Assembly: GCA_051942165.1 (NCBI GenBank)
Contig: JAVECS010000006.1
Span: 1 to 58,124 of the forward strand
Origin: Circinaria calcarea
Lineage: Eukaryota
DNA length: 58,124 bases
Reading direction: 5' to 3'
Part shown: piece by piece, positions 25,324-38,409 of the stretch
How the letters are laid out: each line of letters begins with the position of its first letter
Position numbering within the stretch: position 1 is the stretch's first letter
Position numbers and translations under genes: made by a program
Notes under the pieces: model-generated
The model's input: only the letters and a program-made list of their open reading frames with translations
Databases searched by the model: none
Told to the model about the DNA's origin: nothing

Positions 25324-27072
25324 ATGGCTGACGCTCCTGAGCAGAAATTCGATGAGCTAGTAGAGAGGCTTACGACTGGATTTGGTGCATTGCTTGAGTT
25401 GGCGGAAGACCTTGCAACGAAAACCGCAAGTTGGGACCGGTCACTCGATCTTCAGAAACAGGTATAGAATCTTTTCTGTCTACTTGCTACCCACTCCTAC
25501 TCATGATGAACACATTCAGCTCTAGATCTGGAGCTGCACGTGTAGCAATGATCGAGTACATACCATAATATCTGACTACCATTTAGCTGGCCCTTCGCTT
25601 TACTTGTTATTTGTATTGGTCTCTTTGCTTACTGGCGTCTGTCACTATAGTATCAAGAAGACTCTTTGCACGAAATTTCAATCCGACAAAATATCAATCC
25701 TTCTAAGAACGATGGAAATTCTCCCCCGCCCCTTGCAAAGGTCGGAAAGGAGAGCCAGCGAGGTGTAGAGTTAGATCACCTGGGCATAGCTGGGGACGAC
25801 CATGATACTGTGCCATCATGGATGCGGACCTTGGGAAATGACCAACGTGTGATAGATGTTGTACGAGCTATTCCAACATGGCGGAAGCTTCGAATACAGC
25901 AAGGAGGAGACACTCATCACCTAGGTACTTCGGCACAAGAGGTCGCCTCTGTCCCTGAAAGCTCGATTATAAAACCGGTTGAAACCGCTACGCAACCTCC
26001 TTGTGACAGGGAGCTAAACTTTACTACGGAGGGCAAACAAGGGGACTTGAAATGTCCATTTGCCACAAGAGTACCGGCTCAAAAGCTAGCAGATACTATG
26101 GCAATGCCTCACTCACTTGGCTATCAAAGAAGATTCTCACTTCCGACGCCACCTCACCCGAACCAACAATTTTTGATAGATCCTATAGCAGCCGAGCTAC
26201 AAGCTACAGATTTCGTGTCTCCACCGCCATCAGCTAATGGTTCCGCCTCCAAATGTCCTATACGATTTTTAGATCAACACTCACCGGAGGAAATTGCCAA
26301 GTACTTTGAAAACCATAAACATGAGATTCCGAGGAGCCACGAGATCTGCGTGAAGCGGTATCAGAGTAACTCGGAGAGCATTCGACAGCTTGATGCAAAA
26401 TACGGAAACCTCGTTAATATGATTCAAGGACTTGGGGTGAAACATCAGCCGTTGCTTCCTACAAAAGAGGAGGAGGACGACACCAGGTCATTGAACGAGC
26501 GCCACTCATTCGAAAAAGTTGAAAGATGGGCTGCAACTTATAGCAACAATTTCGCTGCAGCACCTGCTGAAAGCTCAAGCGACGATGAAATTGGCGAGGG
26601 TAGGACAGGACATTTCGATCGACCGCTGAAAGAGATCAGGGTTGGGGAGTCCCCTAGCCGACCTTGGGGTATAACAGTCCCGTTTTCCTTGAGCAATCGT
26701 CAGATCCAGAACATAGAAAGCGAAGAAGCGGAATTAGAGCCCCGAATAGGACCTCAACCATCCGCGTCAATGCTTCCGCAGCCACAACACCAAAGCAGTG
26801 GCTCAGACGCTGTACCCCCGAGAGGCAAGTATCCATTCGATCCTCAATCTTCTCAAGCCAGTCCCAAATCTCGTGAACGGCCCATGTCATCCAAGTCACG
26901 GTCCACCAAAGGGAAGGATCCGTCGCTACCTACGTTGCAAACCGAGAGCAGGTCCTCCCACAACCAACCAAAGATGGTTTTTACGGGCCCGGTATTTATA
27001 GGGTACTCAGCAGAGCAAGCACGGGATCTCATGCGGGAATGTTTTCAGAATATGAACTTAACAAAGGACTAA
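25324..27072 (+). CDS. Conserved fungal hypothetical protein with Cys-Pro motifs (2 exons)
   Basis: Exon 1 MADAPEQKFDELVERLTTGFGALLE...KQ, phase-0 intron 25462-25650, exon 2 with KCPF, SKCPIRFLDQHSPEEIAKYFENHKHEIPRSHEICVKRYQ and C-terminal MVFTGPVFIGY. Confidence 0.8.
25503..25575 (+). ncRNA. Intronic box C/D snoRNA
   Basis: Box C ATGATGA (25503); guide AGCTCTAGA before a D'-like CTGG; internal stem GCTGCA/TGTAGC; C' ATGATCG; box D CTGA (25572). Lies in a 189-nt intron, whereas most introns here are ~48-68 nt. Confidence 0.8.
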
Positions 27073-28279
27073 TCTACTAATCGAGGCCCCAAATGAGAAG
27101 TACACAGCACCGGGGTAAAATTGATATTACAGTCTTGGCATGAGTCTCAGTAAACGGAACTGGAGGCTACCGTGAGTGAATTTAGGAAGACTGATGACGT
27201 ATGAACAATGCTCAGGCGAAGGGAGGTGAGATTCTCAACGCAGAATACGTGGAATGAAATGAAAACTATAATGGTCAGCTTGAATTTTGCTTCCAGCGCT
27301 TGAACGCTGCAATCTGGATGGTGGTTCATACAATTAAGCTACCCGCTCAGTATCTAGTTACAGAGTAAATCCGATCCCGTGAAGAAAGTGCTTTATCATT
27401 ACCAGATGTAACTTGTGATTGGAGGCAGATACTTTACTCTACATATAAACTCATGAAGCCTACCCCCTAAAATTGTCCGGTCCCAAGTTGACCCGCAGAG
27501 ATCTTGGGTGATGAGGTTCCAAAAGTCAAACATCCATCACTGGCGGGTTTCTCTTCAAAGTGTGCTGTGTACACCAGAGTACCACACCTCCGTGTTTCTG
27601 CCTCATCTCGTGGAGCCCGCATGGGTGAGAACGATCGATCACCATTCACCCAGTTCCTCGGAAAAGTCTGCTGATTCCATTTCCCTGGCCAACTGGATTT
27701 TTATGACCCTGACTCTACCTAAACCTCTTTCCCCACCCCCTACCCCCATGGCTTTATCCTAACCCTACTGTTAATGCGTGTGTATAAAGAGACGTGGAGG
27801 GGATGAGATGACATCCTCGACTTTTCTGTCTGGTGATGAAAGTCAAAGGGATTGAAGGTAGAGGGGAAGGAATTGGTGGGGTTCATATGGTTGTGGGAGG
27901 TTTGGGGGGGGGAGGTTTCTTTGGAATGAGACTGAATAAAGATGGCTTGGACACGAGTGTCCACTCTTTGGGTTGGTGCTAGGCAATACTCAGGTCCGTT
28001 TTCCTTTTCCTTCCAAAAAAAAAACCAACCAGATTGTATTGGGAGATTTTAGGTTTTCAATTGTAAGCGTTTCTCAAGACATGTACATCTACATACATTC
28101 CCTTTTCCGTGCCCCTGGCTGAATAAGGCCGTAATCTAGGCTGCGTCCAAGTTTACTACCCCTACCCGTCCAAACCAAAAGCCTTTTTGGCAGAAATGGC
28201 TTTGCCTTGCCGATGCCCAAAAGAATCGATCGAGGACCGCCAACACCGCGCTAAAAGAGAGTTGACCACCACTCTGGTG

Positions 28280-29021
28280 CTATGACGCAGTACTGGAGGA
28301 ACTGCGGTAGAATGTATGGTTCCGCGGGTTGCTATTGGGCACCTCAAGGCCTTTATCGAAAATCCTGTCATAAATGTCGCTTGCCCGTTCGTCATAACTA
28401 ATAGCAATTCCATACCCTCGCCCATCAAAGCTGGCGTTACTACCCGAAACCTGGGTTTTATAGCCTGGTAAATCTCGATCGGTGTAACTCCTCCATTGGT
28501 AGCTATCATTACCTGCCGGGCTACCGCCACCGTCTTCTCTCGGAACCAAAGCTGGCTCAATACTGAACCGATCATCCTCGCTCCCGTATGCGTAACCATA
28601 AATTTTCTGGGTACCACTTTGATCATCCATCTCGATATCCGCATTCGCCTCCACTATCTGCGCTAGAGGGGCGACCTTGGCAGAGTTACTTCTCGTGGCA
28701 TCGTTACACTGACTATTCCAGCCCTTGTTTGAGGGAATGCCGTGGTTACTGTTCAGAGATGGGTCGCGGGAAAATGGCGGCTTAGTCTTCGGATAGCTTA
28801 CAGGTTGACTGGACTCAAACGTGTCTTGGGGGTTGGGCGTATTTCGGGCTCGTGAGCTTCGTGAGCGGGTCCGATCTAATTGGCGTGGAAGATATTTGGC
28901 AAAGAATGGTCGGAGGGCAGGAGCCGAGGCACAAAGCTATTATCAAATCAGATTGAGTACAGTGAGCTGCTTAGGACGAACTCAACACATACGATGCCAA
29001 TGTCGATTTCAACGGCAGTAG
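28280..29021 (-). CDS. 3' part of PTH11-like (fungal rhodopsin-domain) membrane protein; 5' exons missing at palindrome axis
   Basis: Exon 29021-28993 TAVEIDIGI, GTATGT intron 28992-28937, exon LCASAPALRPFF... open to the stop at 28280. The E..IGI.CAS.PALRP motif is typical of the last TM helix of the family. Confidence 0.75.
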
Positions 29022-29103
29022 CTATAGCATAGTTAGTTTGAATCGTATGACGACAAGGACCATGGTCCTTGTCGTCATACGATTCAAACTAACTATGCTA
29101 TAG

Positions 29104-29845
29104 CTACTGCCGTTGAAATCGACATTGGCATCGTATGTGTTGAGTTCGTCCTAAGCAGCTCACTGTACTCAATCTGATTTGATAATAGCTTTGTGCCTCG
29201 GCTCCTGCCCTCCGACCATTCTTTGCCAAATATCTTCCACGCCAATTAGATCGGACCCGCTCACGAAGCTCACGAGCCCGAAATACGCCCAACCCCCAAG
29301 ACACGTTTGAGTCCAGTCAACCTGTAAGCTATCCGAAGACTAAGCCGCCATTTTCCCGCGACCCATCTCTGAACAGTAACCACGGCATTCCCTCAAACAA
29401 GGGCTGGAATAGTCAGTGTAACGATGCCACGAGAAGTAACTCTGCCAAGGTCGCCCCTCTAGCGCAGATAGTGGAGGCGAATGCGGATATCGAGATGGAT
29501 GATCAAAGTGGTACCCAGAAAATTTATGGTTACGCATACGGGAGCGAGGATGATCGGTTCAGTATTGAGCCAGCTTTGGTTCCGAGAGAAGACGGTGGCG
29601 GTAGCCCGGCAGGTAATGATAGCTACCAATGGAGGAGTTACACCGATCGAGATTTACCAGGCTATAAAACCCAGGTTTCGGGTAGTAACGCCAGCTTTGA
29701 TGGGCGAGGGTATGGAATTGCTATTAGTTATGACGAACGGGCAAGCGACATTTATGACAGGATTTTCGATAAAGGCCTTGAGGTGCCCAATAGCAACCCG
29801 CGGAACCATACATTCTACCGCAGTTCCTCCAGTACTGCGTCATAG
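29104..29845 (+). CDS. Mirror copy: 3' part of PTH11-like membrane protein
   Basis: Reverse complement of 28280-29021. Confidence 0.75.
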
Positions 29846-31052
29846 CACCAGAGTGGTGGTCAACTCTCTTTTAGCGCGGTGTTGGCGGTCCTCGATCGAT
29901 TCTTTTGGGCATCGGCAAGGCAAAGCCATTTCTGCCAAAAAGGCTTTTGGTTTGGACGGGTAGGGGTAGTAAACTTGGACGCAGCCTAGATTACGGCCTT
30001 ATTCAGCCAGGGGCACGGAAAAGGGAATGTATGTAGATGTACATGTCTTGAGAAACGCTTACAATTGAAAACCTAAAATCTCCCAATACAATCTGGTTGG
30101 TTTTTTTTTTGGAAGGAAAAGGAAAACGGACCTGAGTATTGCCTAGCACCAACCCAAAGAGTGGACACTCGTGTCCAAGCCATCTTTATTCAGTCTCATT
30201 CCAAAGAAACCTCCCCCCCCCAAACCTCCCACAACCATATGAACCCCACCAATTCCTTCCCCTCTACCTTCAATCCCTTTGACTTTCATCACCAGACAGA
30301 AAAGTCGAGGATGTCATCTCATCCCCTCCACGTCTCTTTATACACACGCATTAACAGTAGGGTTAGGATAAAGCCATGGGGGTAGGGGGTGGGGAAAGAG
30401 GTTTAGGTAGAGTCAGGGTCATAAAAATCCAGTTGGCCAGGGAAATGGAATCAGCAGACTTTTCCGAGGAACTGGGTGAATGGTGATCGATCGTTCTCAC
30501 CCATGCGGGCTCCACGAGATGAGGCAGAAACACGGAGGTGTGGTACTCTGGTGTACACAGCACACTTTGAAGAGAAACCCGCCAGTGATGGATGTTTGAC
30601 TTTTGGAACCTCATCACCCAAGATCTCTGCGGGTCAACTTGGGACCGGACAATTTTAGGGGGTAGGCTTCATGAGTTTATATGTAGAGTAAAGTATCTGC
30701 CTCCAATCACAAGTTACATCTGGTAATGATAAAGCACTTTCTTCACGGGATCGGATTTACTCTGTAACTAGATACTGAGCGGGTAGCTTAATTGTATGAA
30801 CCACCATCCAGATTGCAGCGTTCAAGCGCTGGAAGCAAAATTCAAGCTGACCATTATAGTTTTCATTTCATTCCACGTATTCTGCGTTGAGAATCTCACC
30901 TCCCTTCGCCTGAGCATTGTTCATACGTCATCAGTCTTCCTAAATTCACTCACGGTAGCCTCCAGTTCCGTTTACTGAGACTCATGCCAAGACTGTAATA
31001 TCAATTTTACCCCGGTGCTGTGTACTTCTCATTTGGGGCCTCGATTAGTAGA

Positions 31053-32801
31053 TTAGTCCTTTGTTAAGTTCATATTCTGAAAACATTCCCGCATGAGATC
31101 CCGTGCTTGCTCTGCTGAGTACCCTATAAATACCGGGCCCGTAAAAACCATCTTTGGTTGGTTGTGGGAGGACCTGCTCTCGGTTTGCAACGTAGGTAGC
31201 GACGGATCCTTCCCTTTGGTGGACCGTGACTTGGATGACATGGGCCGTTCACGAGATTTGGGACTGGCTTGAGAAGATTGAGGATCGAATGGATACTTGC
31301 CTCTCGGGGGTACAGCGTCTGAGCCACTGCTTTGGTGTTGTGGCTGCGGAAGCATTGACGCGGATGGTTGAGGTCCTATTCGGGGCTCTAATTCCGCTTC
31401 TTCGCTTTCTATGTTCTGGATCTGACGATTGCTCAAGGAAAACGGGACTGTTATACCCCAAGGTCGGCTAGGGGACTCCCCAACCCTGATCTCTTTCAGC
31501 GGTCGATCGAAATGTCCTGTCCTACCCTCGCCAATTTCATCGTCGCTTGAGCTTTCAGCAGGTGCTGCAGCGAAATTGTTGCTATAAGTTGCAGCCCATC
31601 TTTCAACTTTTTCGAATGAGTGGCGCTCGTTCAATGACCTGGTGTCGTCCTCCTCCTCTTTTGTAGGAAGCAACGGCTGATGTTTCACCCCAAGTCCTTG
31701 AATCATATTAACGAGGTTTCCGTATTTTGCATCAAGCTGTCGAATGCTCTCCGAGTTACTCTGATACCGCTTCACGCAGATCTCGTGGCTCCTCGGAATC
31801 TCATGTTTATGGTTTTCAAAGTACTTGGCAATTTCCTCCGGTGAGTGTTGATCTAAAAATCGTATAGGACATTTGGAGGCGGAACCATTAGCTGATGGCG
31901 GTGGAGACACGAAATCTGTAGCTTGTAGCTCGGCTGCTATAGGATCTATCAAAAATTGTTGGTTCGGGTGAGGTGGCGTCGGAAGTGAGAATCTTCTTTG
32001 ATAGCCAAGTGAGTGAGGCATTGCCATAGTATCTGCTAGCTTTTGAGCCGGTACTCTTGTGGCAAATGGACATTTCAAGTCCCCTTGTTTGCCCTCCGTA
32101 GTAAAGTTTAGCTCCCTGTCACAAGGAGGTTGCGTAGCGGTTTCAACCGGTTTTATAATCGAGCTTTCAGGGACAGAGGCGACCTCTTGTGCCGAAGTAC
32201 CTAGGTGATGAGTGTCTCCTCCTTGCTGTATTCGAAGCTTCCGCCATGTTGGAATAGCTCGTACAACATCTATCACACGTTGGTCATTTCCCAAGGTCCG
32301 CATCCATGATGGCACAGTATCATGGTCGTCCCCAGCTATGCCCAGGTGATCTAACTCTACACCTCGCTGGCTCTCCTTTCCGACCTTTGCAAGGGGCGGG
32401 GGAGAATTTCCATCGTTCTTAGAAGGATTGATATTTTGTCGGATTGAAATTTCGTGCAAAGAGTCTTCTTGATACTATAGTGACAGACGCCAGTAAGCAA
32501 AGAGACCAATACAAATAACAAGTAAAGCGAAGGGCCAGCTAAATGGTAGTCAGATATTATGGTATGTACTCGATCATTGCTACACGTGCAGCTCCAGATC
32601 TAGAGCTGAATGTGTTCATCATGAGTAGGAGTGGGTAGCAAGTAGACAGAAAAGATTCTATACCTGTTTCTGAAGATCGAGTGACCGGTCCCAACTTGCG
32701 GTTTTCGTTGCAAGGTCTTCCGCCAACTCAAGCAATGCACCAAATCCAGTCGTAAGCCTCTCTACTAGCTCATCGAATTTCTGCTCAGGAGCGTCAGCCA
32801 T
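31053..32801 (-). CDS. Mirror copy: conserved fungal hypothetical protein with Cys-Pro motifs
   Basis: Reverse complement of 25324-27072. Confidence 0.8.
32550..32622 (-). ncRNA. Mirror copy: intronic box C/D snoRNA
   Basis: Reverse complement of 25503-25575. Confidence 0.8.
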
Positions 32802-33450
32802 CGTACTCCGCTGTGTGTGATGAAAAAGGCAACACAGTGGTCGTACAAAGTTGAAATAGTGTTGCGATCCTAGCAGCCCTGGAACACCACTAGAGCTACA
32901 AGAGGAAAGGTGCGAGATGTATTTTTGGATCTCAACGACAACTCATTGTCCTCAATAGTAACTCCATAGAAGGCCTTTTTACCTTACATATTTACCAGGT
33001 CAGATAGGTCATATGGCTATCTCAGATTATAAGAATAGAGTCTCGAATTACTCTAGGGCCAAAACTCTAACGGCTAATAATAATAAATCCTGACCGCGCA
33101 GCCAGAGAAGCCTCATCTATAACAAGACACCGCTTCTGACAGCTCCAGAAAGCTCGATAAGGAAGTTCAACGCCCATTTGCATTCTCTCTCGGGATCAGC
33201 ACGCTTAGTATCGTGTATTTGAAAGGGAACATCAAACGCGTACAACTCTTGCTATTCTCTCAACATATCCATCCCTCCAACATTTCGTACACTTTCGGTT
33301 CCCTAGATCCGGCTAAGGTCACGTCTATGACGAAGACGACGTACACTTATGCTCATATCTTTCCTATTACTTTCTGTCGAGAAAGTCAGTATACTATTCA
33401 TGTTATACCATAACCACGTCTTACATAATTCCCTGCTATCATGACTTGAT

Positions 33451-33924
33451 TTAGACCTTAGCAGCAGACCATCGCTCGTCTCCATTCAAGTCCTCCAATT
33501 CTGGCGTTGGCAAACGGGGCGGTGACGGAGCAGGCGGGGGAGCACTCCGTCGTATAATGGACTTTTCCAAATGGGGAGTGGAATCTTTCGTCTCAAAGGA
33601 CTCTTCCCTATTTTTACCAGATAGAGAAGCGTGCTTGGACGGCGCTTCGATTTGACGAGCAACTCGATGGCACACTTTCGGGGAAGGTACTGGAGACAGG
33701 AGTCCGTGGTTTGACACAGCATCCACGACTTTCTTGCGGGATGCCGTAAATGGGTCAATTGTCTCGCCAGGAAACAGGATCCAGTCCTTCTTCTCTTGAC
33801 GCTTGCACTGTCGGCGTGAGGTTTCTGCAATGTGTTTCTCGGCATGCTGCAGCCACAAGTCATATTTTGTTGAAGCTATTGGTCGACTTGTGCGAGTGCT
33901 TCGAGGTTTGTCTACTGATGGCAT
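33451..33924 (-). CDS. Mirror copy: hypothetical protein (157 aa)
   Basis: Reverse complement of 24201-24674. Confidence 0.45.
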   Translation of the reverse strand: MPSVDKPRSTRTSRPIASTKYDLWLQHAEKHIAETSRRQCKRQEKKDWILFPGETIDPFTASRKKVVDAVSNHGLLSPVPSPKVCHRVARQIEAPSKHASLSGKNREESFETKDSTPHLEKSIIRRSAPPPAPSPPRLPTPELEDLNGDERWSAAKV

Positions 33925-35414
33925 TGTTTTGGCGCAGCAGTCTTTTCTTGTGTTGATTAAGTGGTGCGATGCGGGGAATCTAAAGTAAGAAAAGGGAGAG
34001 ATGTTTCAGTGCGACTATTCACTTGATGATACCATCGAGACTTAAGATGAAGTGGTGGGGGTTTGGGTGGAGTCGATAAATCATGTAAGTCAATGAATGG
34101 AATTGGAAGAAAGAAGGATTGAAAGAGGCAAAGGAGGGAAATCAAGCGGGTTTTGATGTTCGGAGGTTAGGGTAGCGAGAACCATTCGACCAATCCAACA
34201 AGAGCTTGGCAAATGCGGCACAGCACCCTTCAGCTTCCTTGATACACCACACGCCCATTCGGGACTACTCGCATACATGCCGGTTCTATTACGTCGACCA
34301 GCTTGTCATCTAACCCATTGTTCATCTCGCGAACCCCCCTCCCCTTTTTTCGCAGTCCTCGTACCGTATATCAGACTCGCTCAGTACCCTTCGAAGGCTT
34401 TCCCCAATACAGGCCCAATGATTCGAAGGAAGGGTCCTTCAAATTATTACACTGCTACTATGCGGCTTGAGCTTCTCATCATACTAGTGTCTCGGCGATT
34501 GAGCCCCCTTCATCACTCACGCCGCTCCATATGTTGATTTTTAGCATTTTGACCATGCACACCTATCTCCTCGGCTCCTAGCACAATGTCAGCCATCTGC
34601 GATGCTGCCTCGCTACTTGCTACAGGTGTGGCTTTGCCAAGGCTTTCAAAACAATCAGCATCACGCAGCGGCAACGGGGTCTCCTCGTCAATCTGCGGCT
34701 GTCTTCCCTCTCACGCAACAATTGGACAGAACATCCGTGCGTCTACCCCAGTTTGCTAATGCTCTAGATCTTTCCTCTCGAACGGCAGTACTCGAGGCTC
34801 GGAAACCGATACTAATACAGGTACAGGCCGGTATTGAATCCTCTCAGCGCGAATGCTTCTGCCCATGTTAACCTCTCCGCTCAAAGATACCTTTTCTTTT
34901 GCCAAGTTCTTTGCTCTTCTATTACTAATCCCATATTTCATCGACTGCTTATGCTAGGTTAGTTATTGAAATAGGCTTGCAGATAGCATGGTTGATCTTT
35001 GTATTTCTCTATTTTACCGCATTTAAGTATCTGTTTCACAGTGCCTCTCTCAGTACCAGTATTTGAAGCCTCCACCATATATTTCTCCAACCTTTTGCTT
35101 TGCCAAACACTAGTAGCTGCCCACTATCTCCACTCTTTTGTCTATCCAGCTCGTATCACTGATGCCCATAACCCTATAAGCTGTAGTCGTCGATACCGTA
35201 GTGCACAGTTAGGCGATTGCAGCTAACTGTTAGAAGATCGCCAGGCTACTTACTAACTCACCCAATCACCTCTACGCCTCTTCGCTTCTTGGGCCCTTGC
35301 GGACAACATATCCTCGGGGCTCTCTCTTTTCCGTTTAGAGACGTCTTCTCTTACCGTTTTATGCTTGAGGTTTTGTTGTTCTTCACCAAATGCTCATCTA
35401 CAAAGTACTCCGGT

Positions 35415-35964
35415 TTACGTTTTGGAACCGCTTGCTTGTTTCTTCTTGGGCTCTCGGCTTCGTTTCCTGGACAAAGCATGGCGGTCTACTAGTTCCTCGA
35501 CGGTGTGGACGGCATCTGCCGTGCCCTTTTTCAAGTTGTCACGCCAGTGATAACCAAGATTACCCTTGCCCAATCCCTGGCCACACAAGTCACAGGTAGC
35601 TGTGATTGGTGCAGGGTACATCACATTTCCATTTGTGAAGTTTGTGAGAGAGTATCTCTCAACCCCGGGTGATTGGCATGACCTAATCCTCCCGGAATTG
35701 CCGACCTGGCAAATAGTATACATCCCCTTGCTTCTGACCAAATACCAGGCCTAGGGCTGGAAAGACTGGCCATCTTCCCTCGAATTGGCCAATGCAAGTG
35801 GTAGCAACTAAGCCCTCTTTCACGTCTCCTTGGTCGTGGTGAGGCTTGACGGAGGTGTTGAATAGCAGTGCCATCCCTGTGGAGCATGCGTCCACGAGGA
35901 CTTTGATGCAGAAAATCCCTAGCTTATCTTCCCCAAGGAGACGGCTGTAGCAATCACGGTATTC
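35415..35964 (-). pseudogene. Mirror copy: decayed TET/JBP-like dioxygenase
   Basis: Reverse complement of 22161-22710. Confidence 0.5.
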
Positions 35965-36507
35965 CCCCCCCCCTCCCTCCCGGTGTGAACGTCAAGCCCT
36001 TCCAACGACATAGAAAGAGCCTGCGCCACCGGGCTTGAGCCTGGAGAAACCCTCTTGACGGCAGCTCTTTTATTTTAGCCTTGGAAAAACAGTTCGCATG
36101 TCCCCGGATAACGCTGGGATTCCCCGTGAATTTACCCATTTTCGACCGACCAGTACGCAAAGCGATACTACTTTACTAGTTACGAAAAGTTTGGGATAGT
36201 AGAACAAGTAATAGATACGATTTTTCACAGTTTCCCTTATCTTTATATCCTTGTCCCCGTTTTTCCTGCTCTCCAAGGCAAGCACGTGTTCATGGTTTCC
36301 CTTGGGTTCTACGGCGTTAAGCTAGATGTAACCGTTACAGGGGGAGAGGAATTTCGATGGCGGAGGAGAGTTGGATTGAACAAGGGTATCTAACAAGCAT
36401 CTGTATGGTTTTGGTCGAGTCTTCGGCCGATTACGCAAAATAGGATATACGGTTTGCAATGAACTACTTAACGTTCCCCCACTTTCCATCTATATACGTC
36501 CGTATGC

Positions 36508-38409
36508 CTAACCCATATATACATCCTTGTCCACCAATCTATACAAAGCCCGCAAGACTGCCAGACCTCCACTTTGCGTTTCCACCGTCCGGCCTCTGCC
36601 TCGGTCGTTCAGGTCTTTACTGCCGTCGTCGGTTCCCCGAGGGAGCTTCTTCCCGTGCGGCTTGAGTATTGGACGGTGCATTGGTACTGCGGCCCTACTC
36701 CGAGGTAATTGCCAAATGTCATCATCCGGAACGCCACTGTTCCTATAATCCGTCCCTTCGTCTTTTCCGTTAAGATGGTCGTCATTCCCAACCCACCGGT
36801 CCAACTTCGCGGCCCACCACATGCCAAATCTGCCTTCTTCGTCCCGAGTCTCATAAGCCGCCTCGGCGTTTCGCCGAATCCAGCCACCGTACTCCCTACA
36901 ACTTTTGCTATGAAGGGCCACCAAATCCTTATCGGCTCTCCAGAATACCCCTTCCTTCTCTCCCTTTGGTAAGGCCGCACAGAAGAGTGTCAGATGATGG
37001 AAGAAGATGCCTTTGAAGGTTTGGCCGTTCTGGTTGCATGTCCCGTGAAGATCACATGCTTCTTCGAGAATCCCATTTCTACCGAGTCCAGCCCATTGGT
37101 AATTCTCCGATGTGGATTCGATCGGCCATCCAGTCGCGGCTATCACGTTGCGAACAAGTTGGTGGCCGTCTTCGAGATAGTTTGTACTACCTGTGGCTTC
37201 CCAGAGACCGCGTAGACCAGAGAGCAAGACACCTTGGTTGTAAGTGTATACTTGCTCTTCGCGAACATCGCACTTTCCACTCCCTATGCTACCGTTCAGA
37301 CCTCCGCCTCGCCAACCATGGATATGAAAACCGTCGGTATAGAGACCCTTGGTGTTGGTCATGTTGCTTGACGACAGCCATGTGTAGGCTTCGATTGCAG
37401 CTTCGAGATACTTCTCATCATGCTCCTTTGCTTTAGGCAACTCTGCTGTTTCCCCGTTCACGAGGAACGGCGAGGTATTATCGTCGCCCGGGAAATATAA
37501 ATACATGCTGATGCTGGCGGAAATATACAGTTGATTTGTAATTGCGTTTTTGTAAGGCGCAAGATAAGGACTCCAGATCATACCACCGCCACACAGTGAA
37601 GTATCCCAGCCGCGCGATGCAAGATCGTAGAAAATACGCGCGCGATGCGCAAAAGAAGGGATAAATTGACGCCCATGCCAAGAAGAGTTACGCTCGCTGC
37701 TTGTAGAAGACTCAAAATGTAGCTCCGAGTGCGTGTTTATAAAGCTGATGCTTTCTAGCCACCCTAGTACTACCCACAACATGTCATCGTAGGCTTGTGT
37801 TCGGAGGCCAAAGGCATTTTCGCCGAAATAGAAGGAGGTAAGATGGCTGAAATATTGATTGATGAGATTCTCTCTAGCTGTCACACTGTCCATCATTAAC
37901 CCAGATTCATCAACAGCTCCAAGATGCGCGTCGTAGTCCGTAAAGCTCGTAATAGCATTCAGGGTGGTGGAAACCTGTGTTCCCATGACAGCCGCAGTCC
38001 AATCAATTGCGGTTGGCCATATGCCTAGCCATATCTCGAAGAAGTGTGATTGCATAACGTCGAGAGCGTCGAGCATGGCGGGAAACGTGGCGGGGAGGTT
38101 GGTAGGACTGTTGGGCTCTCCATCCTCAACTTGACTTCTAAACTGAGCTAAGTTTCCCAGTGTTGCTTTTCTCTTTTGTCCATGTTTGTTGTTTGCGTTC
38201 CGGCATGCTCGACCTGGACTCAGCGCAGAGTCCCTTCCTACCAGTATGCATCTTGGGTGAGGTGTGGTTGGCGACGAGGGCGCAAGGGCAGTAGCGACGC
38301 AGAACTGGATCAGAATCAACAAGGCAACCAGCTGTCGAAAGGGAAGCTTTCGGCGTGCTATTCGTTCGGCCATATTGTGGAGGCGATGAGAAGCCGGGCC
38401 ATAGCCCAT
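36508..38409 (-). CDS. Mirror copy: glycoside hydrolase family 76 protein
   Basis: Reverse complement of 19716-21617. Confidence 0.92.
   Translation of the reverse strand: MGYGPASHRLHNMAERIARRKLPFRQLVALLILIQFCVATALAPSSPTTPHPRCILVGRDSALSPGRACRNANNKHGQKRKATLGNLAQFRSQVEDGEPNSPTNLPATFPAMLDALDVMQSHFFEIWLGIWPTAIDWTAAVMGTQVSTTLNAITSFTDYDAHLGAVDESGLMMDSVTARENLINQYFSHLTSFYFGENAFGLRTQAYDDMLWVVLGWLESISFINTHSELHFESSTSSERNSSWHGRQFIPSFAHRARIFYDLASRGWDTSLCGGGMIWSPYLAPYKNAITNQLYISASISMYLYFPGDDNTSPFLVNGETAELPKAKEHDEKYLEAAIEAYTWLSSSNMTNTKGLYTDGFHIHGWRGGGLNGSIGSGKCDVREEQVYTYNQGVLLSGLRGLWEATGSTNYLEDGHQLVRNVIAATGWPIESTSENYQWAGLGRNGILEEACDLHGTCNQNGQTFKGIFFHHLTLFCAALPKGEKEGVFWRADKDLVALHSKSCREYGGWIRRNAEAAYETRDEEGRFGMWWAAKLDRWVGNDDHLNGKDEGTDYRNSGVPDDDIWQLPRSRAAVPMHRPILKPHGKKLPRGTDDGSKDLNDRGRGRTVETQSGGLAVLRALYRLVDKDVYMG

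Noticed and set aside
29030..29095. Axis as a covalently closed hairpin telomere of a linear plasmid or virus
   Set aside because: Content is ordinary intron-containing nuclear genes, with no protelomerase or replicase, and the axis cuts a gene within an intron.
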